Made by a program: the position numbers and the translations under genes. 64,000 nucleotides of DNA from an uncultured Chloroflexia bacterium. Lineage in GTDB: Bacteria > Chloroflexota > Limnocylindria > Limnocylindrales > CSP1-4. The DNA lies in the NCBI GenBank assembly GCA_963721015.1, contig CAVRHM010000002.1, forward strand, positions 973,324 to 1,037,323, written 5' to 3'. The notes beneath the pieces are model-generated. The model was not told the DNA's origin, did not search any database, and saw only the letters and a program-made list of their open reading frames with translations. This document shows positions 1 to 8,546 of this stretch, in pieces (position 1 is the first letter of the stretch; each line of letters starts with the position of its first letter).

Positions 1-334
1 CGATGGTGGCCCGGAGGAGCTCGCCGCCGATCCCCTGGCGCTGGCGGTCCGGCGCGACGCTGATCGGTCCCAGCCCGAGGATGGGCCGGCGGACCCCGTC
101 CGCGGCCTCCAGCGACCCGACGCTGGTCACGACGTGGCCGACGATCCGGCCACCGAGCGCCTCGTCGACCGCGACGATCGACAGCTCGGGCCGCCAGGCG
201 ATCGGATCGTGCCGGAGCGCATCGACGATCCGGCCCTCGTCGGTCGACGGCGCGAAGGCGGCATCGGTCAGCGCGCGGATGGCCGCCTCGTCGCCGCCTG
301 CCTCCGGCCTGATCCGCAGCCCGGCCACGGGCAT
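1..334 (-). CDS. GNAT family N-acetyltransferase (5' part only; gene continues beyond window start)
   Basis: Minus-strand translation from ATG at 334: MPVAGLRIRPEAGGDEAAIRALTDAAF...LGLGPISVAPDRQRQGIGGELL, a GNAT-like motif. No stop in window. Start overlaps the aldolase stop as TGATG. Confidence 0.5.
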   Translation of the reverse strand, partial: MPVAGLRIRPEAGGDEAAIRALTDAAFAPSTDEGRIVDALRHDPIAWRPELSIVAVDEALGGRIVGHVVTSVGSLEAADGVRRPILGLGPISVAPDRQRQGIGGELLRATI

Positions 335-1785
335 CAGCCGGCGGTCACGGCCTCGCGCAGGGCATCCGGCAGCGGCCGGTGGACCTCGACCGGGCGGATG
401 TACGCGGCGATCATCTCGCGCGAGCCGTTGACCCCGAGCTCGGTGAACAGGAACGCGACCTTGCGTCGCTGCGCGGCCAGGATCTCGTCCTTGGTGTCGA
501 GGTCCCAGAGCTGGCGCTTGAACGGGCCGATGGCCTTCTTGCGCGTCGTGTACACGAACTGCTGGTCGGTCTGGTCGGCCTTGCGCTCGTCGGCGGCGTT
601 GGCGAAGACCCACTGCTCGATCTCGCGATGGAGCTCGTCCGGGAAGGCTGGATGCTCGTACAGGGCGTTCTGGAAGCCCGTCGCGAGATGGATCTCCGCC
701 GTCTCGACGGCCGGGAAGCGATGGAACAGCTCGTCGGGCAGGGTGGACGCGCCGTGCTGGACCGCGCCGGCCGCCCCATACGAGCGGGCGACTTCGCCGA
801 GCTCGCGGAGGACGTCGAAGTCGAGCTTGACCTCGGCCACGCCGCCGCCAGGGAGCGGCACGCCGCCGTGCGAGGTCCCGGTCTGGACGCTGACCTTGCT
901 AACACCCGTCGCGCCGGGTGCGAGTCGGTCGAGCTCGCGCCGATAGCCGTCCATGTAGGCGCGCAGCTCCTCGACGGTCGAGTTCTGATGCCCGACCTCG
1001 CCGATCTCGCCACCGACACTGATCGTCACCCCGTCCGACTCGAGCTCGCGGATGAGGGCGGTCAGCTCGGCCGCCCGGACGTAGTTCTCGCGTTGTTGCT
1101 CGTCGACCGTCGGCTTCGACAGGTCCACGAGGGTCGAGCTGTCGATGTCGATGTTCCGGTACCCCGCATCGACGGCCAGCCGGCAGGCGCGCCGGATCTC
1201 CTCGGTCATCGACTCCGGGTCGGCCGCGTACTTCTTGGCGTTGAACTGGTAGTGGTCGCCCTGGAGGAAGACTGGCCCCCGCCAGCCCGCGGCGATGGCG
1301 CCGGCCAGGGCGCTCGTCGCGAAGTCGATCGGACGCTGGAAGGTGTAGGTCTGCTCGCTGCGCGCGATCTCGAGGATGACCGCTCCGACGTCGGCGGCCA
1401 TCGCGGTCTCGAAGATCGTCCGGGCCATGTCGAAGGTCTGCGCGCGCAGGTTGATGGCGGGCACGGTGAATCCGCCGACCTCGCCCCGACCGCGAGCCGC
1501 GTAGAGCTCCTGGATGCTGGCACTCGACGCGCCGAGCGCCTGGCTCGCCTCCCAGACGAGCCACTGGGCCGCAGCCGTGGTCGCCTCGTCGTCACTGAAG
1601 GCCGCCGTCCAGGCCAGGTCGCGGATGGCCGTCGAGCGGAAGGCCGCCTCGTCGTCGATGACGAGGCGCTCACCGTCGAGATGGGCGGCCGGCCGGATGG
1701 TCTGGAGCAGGTCGGCGGGGGATGTGGCGACGTGCGGCATCGGTCGGATGGTCTCCTGCGGTCGGGTCGGATCCGTCATGCCCAT
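334..1785 (-). CDS. class II (metal-dependent) fructose/tagatose-bisphosphate aldolase family protein, long form
   Basis: 483 aa ORF. FBA class II-like motifs: VPAINLRAQTFDMARTIFETA, LQGDHYQF, VQHGASTLPDELF (LHGGSG-like), EIHLATGF. Protein-like composition. Confidence 0.55.
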   Translation of the reverse strand: MGMTDPTRPQETIRPMPHVATSPADLLQTIRPAAHLDGERLVIDDEAAFRSTAIRDLAWTAAFSDDEATTAAAQWLVWEASQALGASSASIQELYAARGRGEVGGFTVPAINLRAQTFDMARTIFETAMAADVGAVILEIARSEQTYTFQRPIDFATSALAGAIAAGWRGPVFLQGDHYQFNAKKYAADPESMTEEIRRACRLAVDAGYRNIDIDSSTLVDLSKPTVDEQQRENYVRAAELTALIRELESDGVTISVGGEIGEVGHQNSTVEELRAYMDGYRRELDRLAPGATGVSKVSVQTGTSHGGVPLPGGGVAEVKLDFDVLRELGEVARSYGAAGAVQHGASTLPDELFHRFPAVETAEIHLATGFQNALYEHPAFPDELHREIEQWVFANAADERKADQTDQQFVYTTRKKAIGPFKRQLWDLDTKDEILAAQRRKVAFLFTELGVNGSREMIAAYIRPVEVHRPLPDALREAVTAG

Positions 1786-1812
1786 GGTACGGCCCGCGAC
1801 GCCCCTGGCGGC

Positions 1813-3906
1813 CTAGCTCACCCGGCGGGAGCGCCGGCCGACGAAGTCGACGAGGACGTACTCGCCGAGTCGCTCCGGCGTGGCGTAGAACGCGCGACCG
1901 CGATTGAGCCGGGTCATGAGCGCCACGAACTCCGCCAGCGCCCGGGACCGCTCGAGCATGAACGTGTTGATCGTGATGCCGTCCTTGGTGCAGCGCCGGA
2001 CCTCGCGCAGCGTCTCCGTGATCGTCCGGCGCGTCGGCGGGTAGCTGAACTCGACCTGACCATCCTCGAAGTGGGCCGTCGGCTCGCCATCGGTGATGAC
2101 CACGATCTCCTTGTTGGCGGCGGCCTCGCGGGCGAGGATCCGGCGGGCGAGGAGCAGCCCGTGCTGGAGGTTGGTCCCGTACTCGTAGCCATGCCAGGTC
2201 AGCTCGGCCAGCGAACCCGGCCGGATCTCGCGCGCGTAGTAGGCGAACCCGATGACACTCAGGTGATCGCGCGGGTACTGCGTCCGGATGAGCGTGTCGA
2301 GGGCGACCGCGACGCGCTTGGCCGCCAGGAAGCACCCGCGCAGGAGCATCGAGCGGCTCATGTCGACGAGCAGGACGGTCGCCGTGCGCGTCGTCTGCTC
2401 CGTCCGATAGACCTCGAAGTCGGCGGCCTGCAGGTGGATGCCCCGCTCCCCGACCGCCACGCGCGCGGCCCGCATGGCCGGCGCGTTGTCGTCGCGGACG
2501 AGCGCATTGGATAGCGTCCCCCGGAGGTCGAGGTGGAAGGGGTCGCCGAACTCGTACGGCTTGGTCGTCTCGTCACGCTCGCCGCCGCGGCCGGCCCGGT
2601 CCAGGCGGTGGCCGCCGAACGCGTCCCGCTGGAGCCGGGCGAACAGGTCGTCGAGGACCTTCTGGCCGATCCGCCGGGTGCCGCGCGGGGTGAGCTCCAG
2701 GCGTTCGCCGTCCCGGGTCAGGTAGCCGGCCGCTTCCAGGCGCCGGGCCAGGTCGTCCAGGGCCTCGAGGTCGCGCACGGCCGGCTCGCCGAGCAGGTCG
2801 CGGACCTCGTCGCGGTCGATCTCGGCGAGGTCGTCCGGACCACCGACGTCGCCGAGGGCGTCCTCCAGGCGTTCCATGGACTGGAGGCGGGCGATCTGCG
2901 CGAGCGCGCCATCGAGCGACAGGGGCTCATCGCCGCTGAATCGGACTCGGTCGCCGAGCCCACCCGGGATGAGGAGGTCCAGGTTGGAGGCGAGCTCGGC
3001 GAGGTCCAGCAGGAGCCGGTCGTCGCGGAGCAGCGCGTCCATCATCGACTGGAGCTCGGCCCGCTGCTCCGGCGACAACGATCGGAGCAGCGACTGCATC
3101 GCGGCCATCCGTTCGGCGAGCTGCTGGATGATGTCGTCGAACGTCCGCGCACCCGGGAAGAACCGGCCGTGCTTGGCCAGGAACTCGCTGACGTCCGGGT
3201 CGCCTCCGCCGATCCGCTCGCGGATGAGCCCGTTGAGGTCACGGACCATGTCCCGGTTGGCGGCGAGGTCCTCCGGCGTCATCGAGCGGATGGCATCGCC
3301 CATGCCCTGGACGAACTGCTCGAGCACCTGCTGGCCCAGGCGCTCGACGAGCTCGTCGAAGCGTTCCCGCGCGTCCGGCTCCATGAAGTCGTAGTCGCGC
3401 AGCTCGCGGATCCGGTCGCCGACGTCATCGGGCAGCCCGTCCAGCCGTTCCAGGCGGCGCGCCGCGAGGTCCCTGGCCATCGCGCCGATATCTGCGTCGG
3501 GGGCATCCTCGGTCGAGCGCTCCAGCCGTCGCTCCACGCCCTCGCGTTCGGTGGCCACGATGTCGGCCAGCTCCTGACGGATGTCGCCGAGGACATCGCC
3601 GAGCGCAAACCGCTCGCGGAGCTCCTGGCGGCGGCGCATGAGACGGTCCATGAGGTCCTGGAGGCCGGGCATGTCCGGGCGGGTCGGGTCGTCGGTGCGC
3701 CAGCCGCGCTCCAGGAGTCGGCGCAAGGCCTCGCCCAGGTCACCCTCGGCCATGACGTCGTCGGCGAGGGCCTCGAGGATCTCGCCGGCCTCAAGGTCCG
3801 GGAGGCTCTGGCTGCCATCCCAGCGCGAGAACCGCGCCTGACGGGCGAGCGCGCCGAACGGGTCGGCCGCGGCGCCGTCGTCCGGTCGGAACGCGCCGTC
3901 GGTCAT
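1813..3906 (-). CDS. VWA domain-containing protein (CoxE/BchD-like), partner of ChlI-like ATPase
   Basis: 697 aa. C-terminal vWA with MIDAS-like TVLLVDMSRSM...ITDGEPT. Start overlaps upstream ATPase stop (ATGA), implying translational coupling. Confidence 0.75.
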   Translation of the reverse strand: MTDGAFRPDDGAAADPFGALARQARFSRWDGSQSLPDLEAGEILEALADDVMAEGDLGEALRRLLERGWRTDDPTRPDMPGLQDLMDRLMRRRQELRERFALGDVLGDIRQELADIVATEREGVERRLERSTEDAPDADIGAMARDLAARRLERLDGLPDDVGDRIRELRDYDFMEPDARERFDELVERLGQQVLEQFVQGMGDAIRSMTPEDLAANRDMVRDLNGLIRERIGGGDPDVSEFLAKHGRFFPGARTFDDIIQQLAERMAAMQSLLRSLSPEQRAELQSMMDALLRDDRLLLDLAELASNLDLLIPGGLGDRVRFSGDEPLSLDGALAQIARLQSMERLEDALGDVGGPDDLAEIDRDEVRDLLGEPAVRDLEALDDLARRLEAAGYLTRDGERLELTPRGTRRIGQKVLDDLFARLQRDAFGGHRLDRAGRGGERDETTKPYEFGDPFHLDLRGTLSNALVRDDNAPAMRAARVAVGERGIHLQAADFEVYRTEQTTRTATVLLVDMSRSMLLRGCFLAAKRVAVALDTLIRTQYPRDHLSVIGFAYYAREIRPGSLAELTWHGYEYGTNLQHGLLLARRILAREAAANKEIVVITDGEPTAHFEDGQVEFSYPPTRRTITETLREVRRCTKDGITINTFMLERSRALAEFVALMTRLNRGRAFYATPERLGEYVLVDFVGRRSRRVS

Positions 3907-5336
3907 CGGTGGTAGATGGTCGTCCCGGCCACCCGTTCCTTGTTGAGTCGCCGGATCAGGTGCAGTCCCTCCAGCAGGAACTCGACCGCCGAGGCGACGA
4001 CCGCCGGTTCGGCGGCCCCATCCGTGACGTCGAACGTGCCGAGCCGCCGGACCGCCTCGTCGAGGCCGGGCACCTCGCGAGCCCAGGCCACGTATTCGCG
4101 GGATGGCGTGCGGTCGCCGATCTCGACCACGAAGCCCTCGTCGAAGGCGTCGACGACCGGCTCGAGCGCCTCGACATCGACCCGCCGGGTGAAGGTCGCA
4201 TGGACGGCCTTGGTGATGAGTCGCTCGACGACCCGCTCCTCCGGCGTCTCGTCGCCGACGGACTCGAGCTCGACCTTGCCGACGGTCGAGGCCACGATGG
4301 CCGCGAGGTCGGTGATCCGCGGGGAGGCCAGCCCCTCCCCCAGCCGGACGGCCCGCTTGATGGCGGCCGCCTCGAGGACCTCGGTGTTGGCGACCGACAC
4401 CCGGACGGACACACCGGAGCGCTGGCTGATCTCCGGCGAGCGGCGAGCCAGGTGGGTGAGCTCGGCGACGATCTCCTCGATGAACGGCGGCACGACGACC
4501 GGCGGGATCTCGTCGACCGGGTCGAAGCGCTGCTTCTCCTGGCGGACGATAGCCGTCTCGTGCTCCAGGGAGCGCGGGTAATGGGTCCGGATCTGTGACC
4601 CCAGGCGGTCCTTGAGCGGCGTGATGATCCGCCCGCGCGAGGTGTAGTCCTCCGGGTTGGCGGACGCGACGACGAACACGTCCAGCGGGAGACGGACGGT
4701 GAACCCGCGGATCTGGACGTCGCGCTCTTCGAGGACGTTGAGCAGCCCGACCTGGATGCGCTCGGCGAGGTCGGGCAGCTCGTTGATGGCCACGATGCCG
4801 CGGTTCGCGCGCGGGATGAGCCCGTAATGGAGGGTCAGCTCGTCGGACAGGTAGCGGCCCTCGGCGACCTTGATCGGATCGACCTCGCCGATGAGGTCGG
4901 CGATCGTGATGTCCGGGGTGGCCAGCTTCTCGGCGTACCGGCGATCGCGCGGCAGCCAGTCGATGGCGGTCGTCTCCCCGTCCCGATCGACCGCGGCCCG
5001 GCCGGCGGCGCTGACCGGCGCGAACGGATCGTCGTTGAGTTCGCCGTCACGGACGACCGGTAGCCACGGGTCCAGGAGGCCGATGAGCAGGCGCGCCATC
5101 CGGGTCTTGGCCTGGCCGCGCTCACCGAGGAAGACGAGGTCGTGGCCGGCCAGGATGGCGTTCTCGATGGCCGGGATGACCGTCTCGTCGTAGCCCAGGA
5201 CGGTCGGCAGGATGTCGTCGCCGGCGGCCAGGCGGGCCAGCAGGTTGGACCGAAGCTCGGCCTTGACGGTCCGCGACTGCCAGCCGCTCGCGCGCAGGTC
5301 GGCGATGGTCGAGGCAGGCGGCGGCTGGGATGTCAT
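3903..5336 (-). CDS. ChlI/MoxR-like AAA+ ATPase (magnesium-chelatase subunit I family)
   Basis: Track ORF 3903..5720, but the first ~128 codons are low-complexity S/P/R-rich. Real start likely ATG at 5336 (MTSQPPP...). Motifs: VLGYDETVIPAIENAILAGHDLVFLGERGQAKTRMARLL, NELPDLAERIQVGLLNVLEERDVQIRGF. Confidence 0.75.
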   Translation of the reverse strand: MTSQPPPASTIADLRASGWQSRTVKAELRSNLLARLAAGDDILPTVLGYDETVIPAIENAILAGHDLVFLGERGQAKTRMARLLIGLLDPWLPVVRDGELNDDPFAPVSAAGRAAVDRDGETTAIDWLPRDRRYAEKLATPDITIADLIGEVDPIKVAEGRYLSDELTLHYGLIPRANRGIVAINELPDLAERIQVGLLNVLEERDVQIRGFTVRLPLDVFVVASANPEDYTSRGRIITPLKDRLGSQIRTHYPRSLEHETAIVRQEKQRFDPVDEIPPVVVPPFIEEIVAELTHLARRSPEISQRSGVSVRVSVANTEVLEAAAIKRAVRLGEGLASPRITDLAAIVASTVGKVELESVGDETPEERVVERLITKAVHATFTRRVDVEALEPVVDAFDEGFVVEIGDRTPSREYVAWAREVPGLDEAVRRLGTFDVTDGAAEPAVVASAVEFLLEGLHLIRRLNKERVAGTTIYHR

Positions 5337-6387
5337 GCGGGACCTCGTGCGACTGGCAGGATCGGAGGCGAGGGTCGGGTCGGCGCGGATGCGGGCGGAC
5401 GACCTCGGCGATGGCCGCCTCGTCCGGATCGCCGCTCCGGAGGGCGTCGAGGAGTCCGGCGCGCCGGTCGACCTCGAGCTCGAAGTCCCCGGCTCGCCGG
5501 CCGACCCGCCGGGCCAGCTCCGGGGTGACGCCCCAGCCGAACTGCTCGAAGCGATCCGTGCCGGCATCCCACGTCGCCAGGACGGCCGGGCCGAGACGCT
5601 GGACGTGGCCGTGTTCGTCGCGGGCGATGGGGCGAACGTAATGGGCGGCGACGACCCGGGGCGTGGCCAGGCCCTCGACATCGCGCAGGACGAGCACGAC
5701 CCCAAGGCGCGAGGCCTCATCGTCGGTCAGGCCGACCGGTGGGCCCTGGAGGGTCGCCAGGACGTCCTCGAGCCGCTCGCCGACGACCGTGGCGGCCAGG
5801 CCGTAGCCGATGGTCGCGGCCCGGACCGCCAGGCGGGCGACCGCCCCGAGGTCCGCGGCCCGATCGGGCGGCCCGTCGGTCAGGTCGGCGACGAGGACCG
5901 TGGTGTCGGGGCGCACCGGCCGTGACGCGGAGTCTCGGTCGGCGGCCGGCGCCTGCGGTGGTCGCTCCCAGCCCAGCTCGGTCGCCTGCGGGAGCCATCC
6001 GAACGTCTCGTCGGCACCGCGCAGCCGGATGCAGCTGGTCCCCGGCCGGAGGCAGGCAAGGAGCGCGTCACGGAGGCGGCGCGCATCAGCCGGGTCGGCC
6101 GCGTCGGGATGGGCGACGAGCAGCGGCACACCGCCATCGATGAGGAGCCACAGGAGCGCGCCGAGCTCGGCATCGAGCGTCCCGGCGCGCACGAGCGCGA
6201 CGAGATCGACGGCGGCCGGCGGCGCGTCGTGGACGACCGCCCGGCCGTCCGCCGGCAGGACGTCCGGCTTCGAGTCGGCCAAGACGGGACTCCAGCTGCG
6301 GCGAGCGTCGGGGATGCGGCCCGGGACGGCAGCGTACGGCCGGTCCCGGGGAGCGTCAAACGGCCGGTCGGCGCGCCGGCGCACCAA
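5122..6387 (-). CDS. hypothetical protein (first gene of ATPase-VWA-aldolase operon); 3' end uncertain
   Basis: 421 aa ORF. Protein-like for ~330 aa (LLWLLIDGGVPLLVAHPD, VLVLRDVEGLATPRVVAAHYVRPIARDEHGHVQRL). The last ~90 aa are Arg/Pro-rich and overlap the ATPase start by ~214 nt. Confidence 0.35.
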   Translation of the reverse strand: MVRRRADRPFDAPRDRPYAAVPGRIPDARRSWSPVLADSKPDVLPADGRAVVHDAPPAAVDLVALVRAGTLDAELGALLWLLIDGGVPLLVAHPDAADPADARRLRDALLACLRPGTSCIRLRGADETFGWLPQATELGWERPPQAPAADRDSASRPVRPDTTVLVADLTDGPPDRAADLGAVARLAVRAATIGYGLAATVVGERLEDVLATLQGPPVGLTDDEASRLGVVLVLRDVEGLATPRVVAAHYVRPIARDEHGHVQRLGPAVLATWDAGTDRFEQFGWGVTPELARRVGRRAGDFELEVDRRAGLLDALRSGDPDEAAIAEVVRPHPRRPDPRLRSCQSHEVPHDIPAAACLDHRRPARERLAVADRQGRASVQPAGPPGRRRRHPADRPGLRRDGHPGHRERHPGRPRPRLPR

Positions 6388-6526
6388 CCGCGCTGGACTT
6401 CCGGAGCGTCCCGCCGGTACGAGCGTCCGGGGTCGATATCCCCCGAGATACCCATAGCCTTGGGGTTCGGATCCCAGTCATCCGACCACACGGGGGACCA
6501 TCATCGACACGGCCGACCGCTCGACG

Positions 6527-7423
6527 ATGTACTGCGAGCGATGCGGCGCGCACCGCGACCGGTTCCGCGACACCGCGGGGACGGCGTTGCGCGCCTGTTC
6601 GATGTGCGCAAGCGCGACCTGCCCGGACTGCTGGAACCTGACCCTCCAGGCGTGCCTGGCGTGCGCCCCGTTCAGCCTGCCAGCCGGTGCCGCCCCGGCC
6701 GTCGCATCGGTCCAGCCAGCCGTGGCGGCCCCTCCCCAAGCCCCGCTGCCGCGATCCGCACCGGTCACTGATCGGGCGCGAGCGGCGGTCGCCGTGGCCC
6801 GCGCCGGCCGCGGGGCCTCGACCGGCGGGACGGGTCGCTCGCGCCGGGTGATGGCCGCGCTCGGGACAGCGACCGTGGCCACGGCGTTCGTCGCGGCGGC
6901 GGCCCTCGCGTTCAACGTCATCGGCGGGGTCGGCCGGGCGCCGGCCGAGGCCGCACCGGCCGGCGAGAGGAGCACACCGACGACGACCGTCCCGGGCGTC
7001 ACTGGCGGACCGGTCACGACTGACGGGGTGACGATCATCGATCCGACGGCACCGCGCGCCGACCCGACCGACCGCGACGGCGGAGATGGCGCCGGTGGCT
7101 CGAGGTCCGACGGCGATGACAGCGATACGGGCGGTGCCGGTGGGACGCCGGGTGGTGGCGGCAACCCGGGTGCCGGTGGGAACCCGGGTGGCGGCGATCC
7201 GACGAACACCCCGCACCCGACCTCGACCGTGCCGGGCTCGACACCGACGCCCAGCCCCGCGCCGACGCCCGATCCGACGCCAGACCCGACACCTGATCCG
7301 ACACCGGACCCGACGCCTGATCCGACGCCGGATCCCACGCCCGACCCGACACCTGACCCGACACCGGATCCCACGCCCGACCCGACACCGGATCCCACGC
7401 CCGACCCCACGCCGGATCCATAG
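6527..7423 (+). CDS. Cys-rich zinc-ribbon / single-TM protein with C-terminal Pro-Thr-Asp repeat tail
   Basis: N-terminus has CxxC...C...CxxC...CxxC (MYCERCGAH...CSMCASATCPDCWNLTLQACLAC). Then a hydrophobic helix (VMAALGTATVATAFVAAAALAF), then Gly/Asp-rich region and 13x PTPD repeats. Stop TAG at 7421-7423. Confidence 0.5.
   Translation: MYCERCGAHRDRFRDTAGTALRACSMCASATCPDCWNLTLQACLACAPFSLPAGAAPAVASVQPAVAAPPQAPLPRSAPVTDRARAAVAVARAGRGASTGGTGRSRRVMAALGTATVATAFVAAAALAFNVIGGVGRAPAEAAPAGERSTPTTTVPGVTGGPVTTDGVTIIDPTAPRADPTDRDGGDGAGGSRSDGDDSDTGGAGGTPGGGGNPGAGGNPGGGDPTNTPHPTSTVPGSTPTPSPAPTPDPTPDPTPDPTPDPTPDPTPDPTPDPTPDPTPDPTPDPTPDPTPDPTPDP
7262..7420 (+). repeat. 12-nt tandem repeat (ccgacgcccgat-like, ~13 copies) encoding (PTPD)n
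   Basis: Near-perfect 12-nt periodicity seen in sequence. The complementary strand reads (GSGV)n, explaining the spurious 429-aa antisense ORF. Confidence 0.8.
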
Positions 7424-7485
7424 CCGACCGCACCGTCCCGGGATCCTGCCAGCGGATGGCAGGGATGGCGCCGTAGCATGCGGCC

Positions 7486-8076
7486 ATGGACCTGACCATC
7501 GAACCCCTCACGCCCGACCGGCTGACCGACCTCGCGGCGCTGTTCGGCCAGGGCGGCGACCCCAAGCGTTGCTGGTGTTCGTTCTACCGCGTCCGGAACA
7601 AGGACATCGTCGACTGGTCGAAGCAGGACAACCGGGCGGTCCTGGAGCGCGCCCTCGACGCTGCCGCCACGGAGCACCGGGCTCCCGGCCTCGTCGCCTA
7701 TGCCGGCGGCGACGTCGTCGGCTGGACGAGCGTCGGGCCGCGCGAGGACTACCCACGGATCGTCCATTCGACCGTGCTCGCGCCGATCGACGACACGCCT
7801 GCCTGGTCGATCGTCTGCTTCGTCGTCGGCCGTCGCTCACGGGGCCAGGGCGTGGCCAAGGCCCTCCTGGATGCCGCCGTCGACTACGCCCGCGATCACG
7901 GGGCGACGACCCTTGAGGCCTACCCGGTGGATCTGGCGGACGGTGAGCGCATCGCCTCGGCGAGCGTCTATCGGGGCACGGTGGCGATGTTCGAGCGGGC
8001 CGGATTCGAGGTCGCCGAGCGGCGCCGCGCACCGGGTGCCAAGACGGAACGCCCGATCATGCGTCGCGTCCTCTGA
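7486..8076 (+). CDS. GNAT family N-acetyltransferase
   Basis: 196 aa. Motifs: KRCWCSFYRV, VVGRRSRGQGVAKALLDAAVDYARDHGATTLEAYP. Confidence 0.8.
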   Translation: MDLTIEPLTPDRLTDLAALFGQGGDPKRCWCSFYRVRNKDIVDWSKQDNRAVLERALDAAATEHRAPGLVAYAGGDVVGWTSVGPREDYPRIVHSTVLAPIDDTPAWSIVCFVVGRRSRGQGVAKALLDAAVDYARDHGATTLEAYPVDLADGERIASASVYRGTVAMFERAGFEVAERRRAPGAKTERPIMRRVL

Positions 8077-8124
8077 CGCCACCTACGTCATCCGTCGCAT
8101 GCCGGACATCGTCGTCCGTCCAGG

Positions 8125-8154
8125 TTGACATGGCCTTCGCCCTGGGCCTAGACT
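8125..8154 (+). promoter_or_regulatory. putative sigma-70-type promoter (TTGACA-18nt-TAGACT) upstream of ABC transporter leader
   Basis: TTGACA at 8125-8130 and TAGACT at 8149-8154. Lies in a locally lower-GC intergenic region. Confidence 0.3.
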
Positions 8155-8337
8155 CGCCGACGGCCGGCATGTCGCCCGCCCTCGTCTAGCTCATCTGGAG
8201 GCGTTCTCCGAATGACGATGCACACCCTGCTCCGACGCACTACGGCGCCCATCGGCGACGTGGATCGCGGGAGATCTGTGCCCATCTCGAGCTAGCCGCA
8301 GGCGGCAGGACCGCCTTCCGGACAGGACACGAGCCGT

Positions 8338-8364
8338 GGGCCAGATCGGGCCCCCGGCTTTTTT
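8338..8364 (+). terminator. hairpin + T-tract (GGGCC-AGATCG-GGCCC-CCGGC-TTTTTT): intrinsic terminator/attenuator in 5' leader
   Basis: 5-bp GC stem with 6-nt loop followed by T6. Sits ~180 nt before the ABC ATPase start and ~185 nt after the putative promoter. Confidence 0.4.
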
Positions 8365-8546
8365 GATGCCCTGCTCCGGCAGACCACCAGCATCACGAGC
8401 CGCGAGGCCCACCGACGAAGCGTCGACACGACGAGCGTCGGACGAGGCCCGCGGCTCGTTCCATGTCCCGGGCCATCCACCCCACCACCCCCGTCACCAC
8501 TCGACTACCGAAGCGACTCGACAAGCGACTCGACTGGAGCACCACC

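Noticed and set aside
379-2514. 711-aa plus-strand ORF (and similar long ORFs 2533-3915+, 17800-20115+, 28471-31206+, 31398-33026+, 15696-17237-, 18635-19825-, 25562-26854-, 41105-42784-)
   Set aside because: Arg/Pro/Gly/Asp-rich low-complexity translations lying antisense or out of frame to recognisable genes; typical high-GC shadow ORFs.
5337-5720. 128-codon N-terminal extension of ChlI-like ATPase
   Set aside because: Ser/Pro/Arg-rich with no AAA features; MTSQPPP start at 5336 matches family N-termini.
7255-7425. Possible CRISPR-like array because of short perfect direct repeats
   Set aside because: Unit is 12 nt with no spacers, lies inside a coding frame and encodes a peptide repeat; not CRISPR. 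No cas genes in window.
6478-7767. 429-aa minus ORF with (GSGV)n repeats
   Set aside because: It is the antisense reading of the (PTPD)n 12-nt tandem repeat of the 6527-7423 gene; the flanking sequence is low complexity.
8463-8546. Upstream ATG start for ABC ATPase giving MSRAIHPTTPVTTRLPKRLDKRLDWSTT N-terminus
   Set aside because: No RBS, unusual composition; GTG at 8547 has GGAG at -8 and starts right at the conserved ATPase core.
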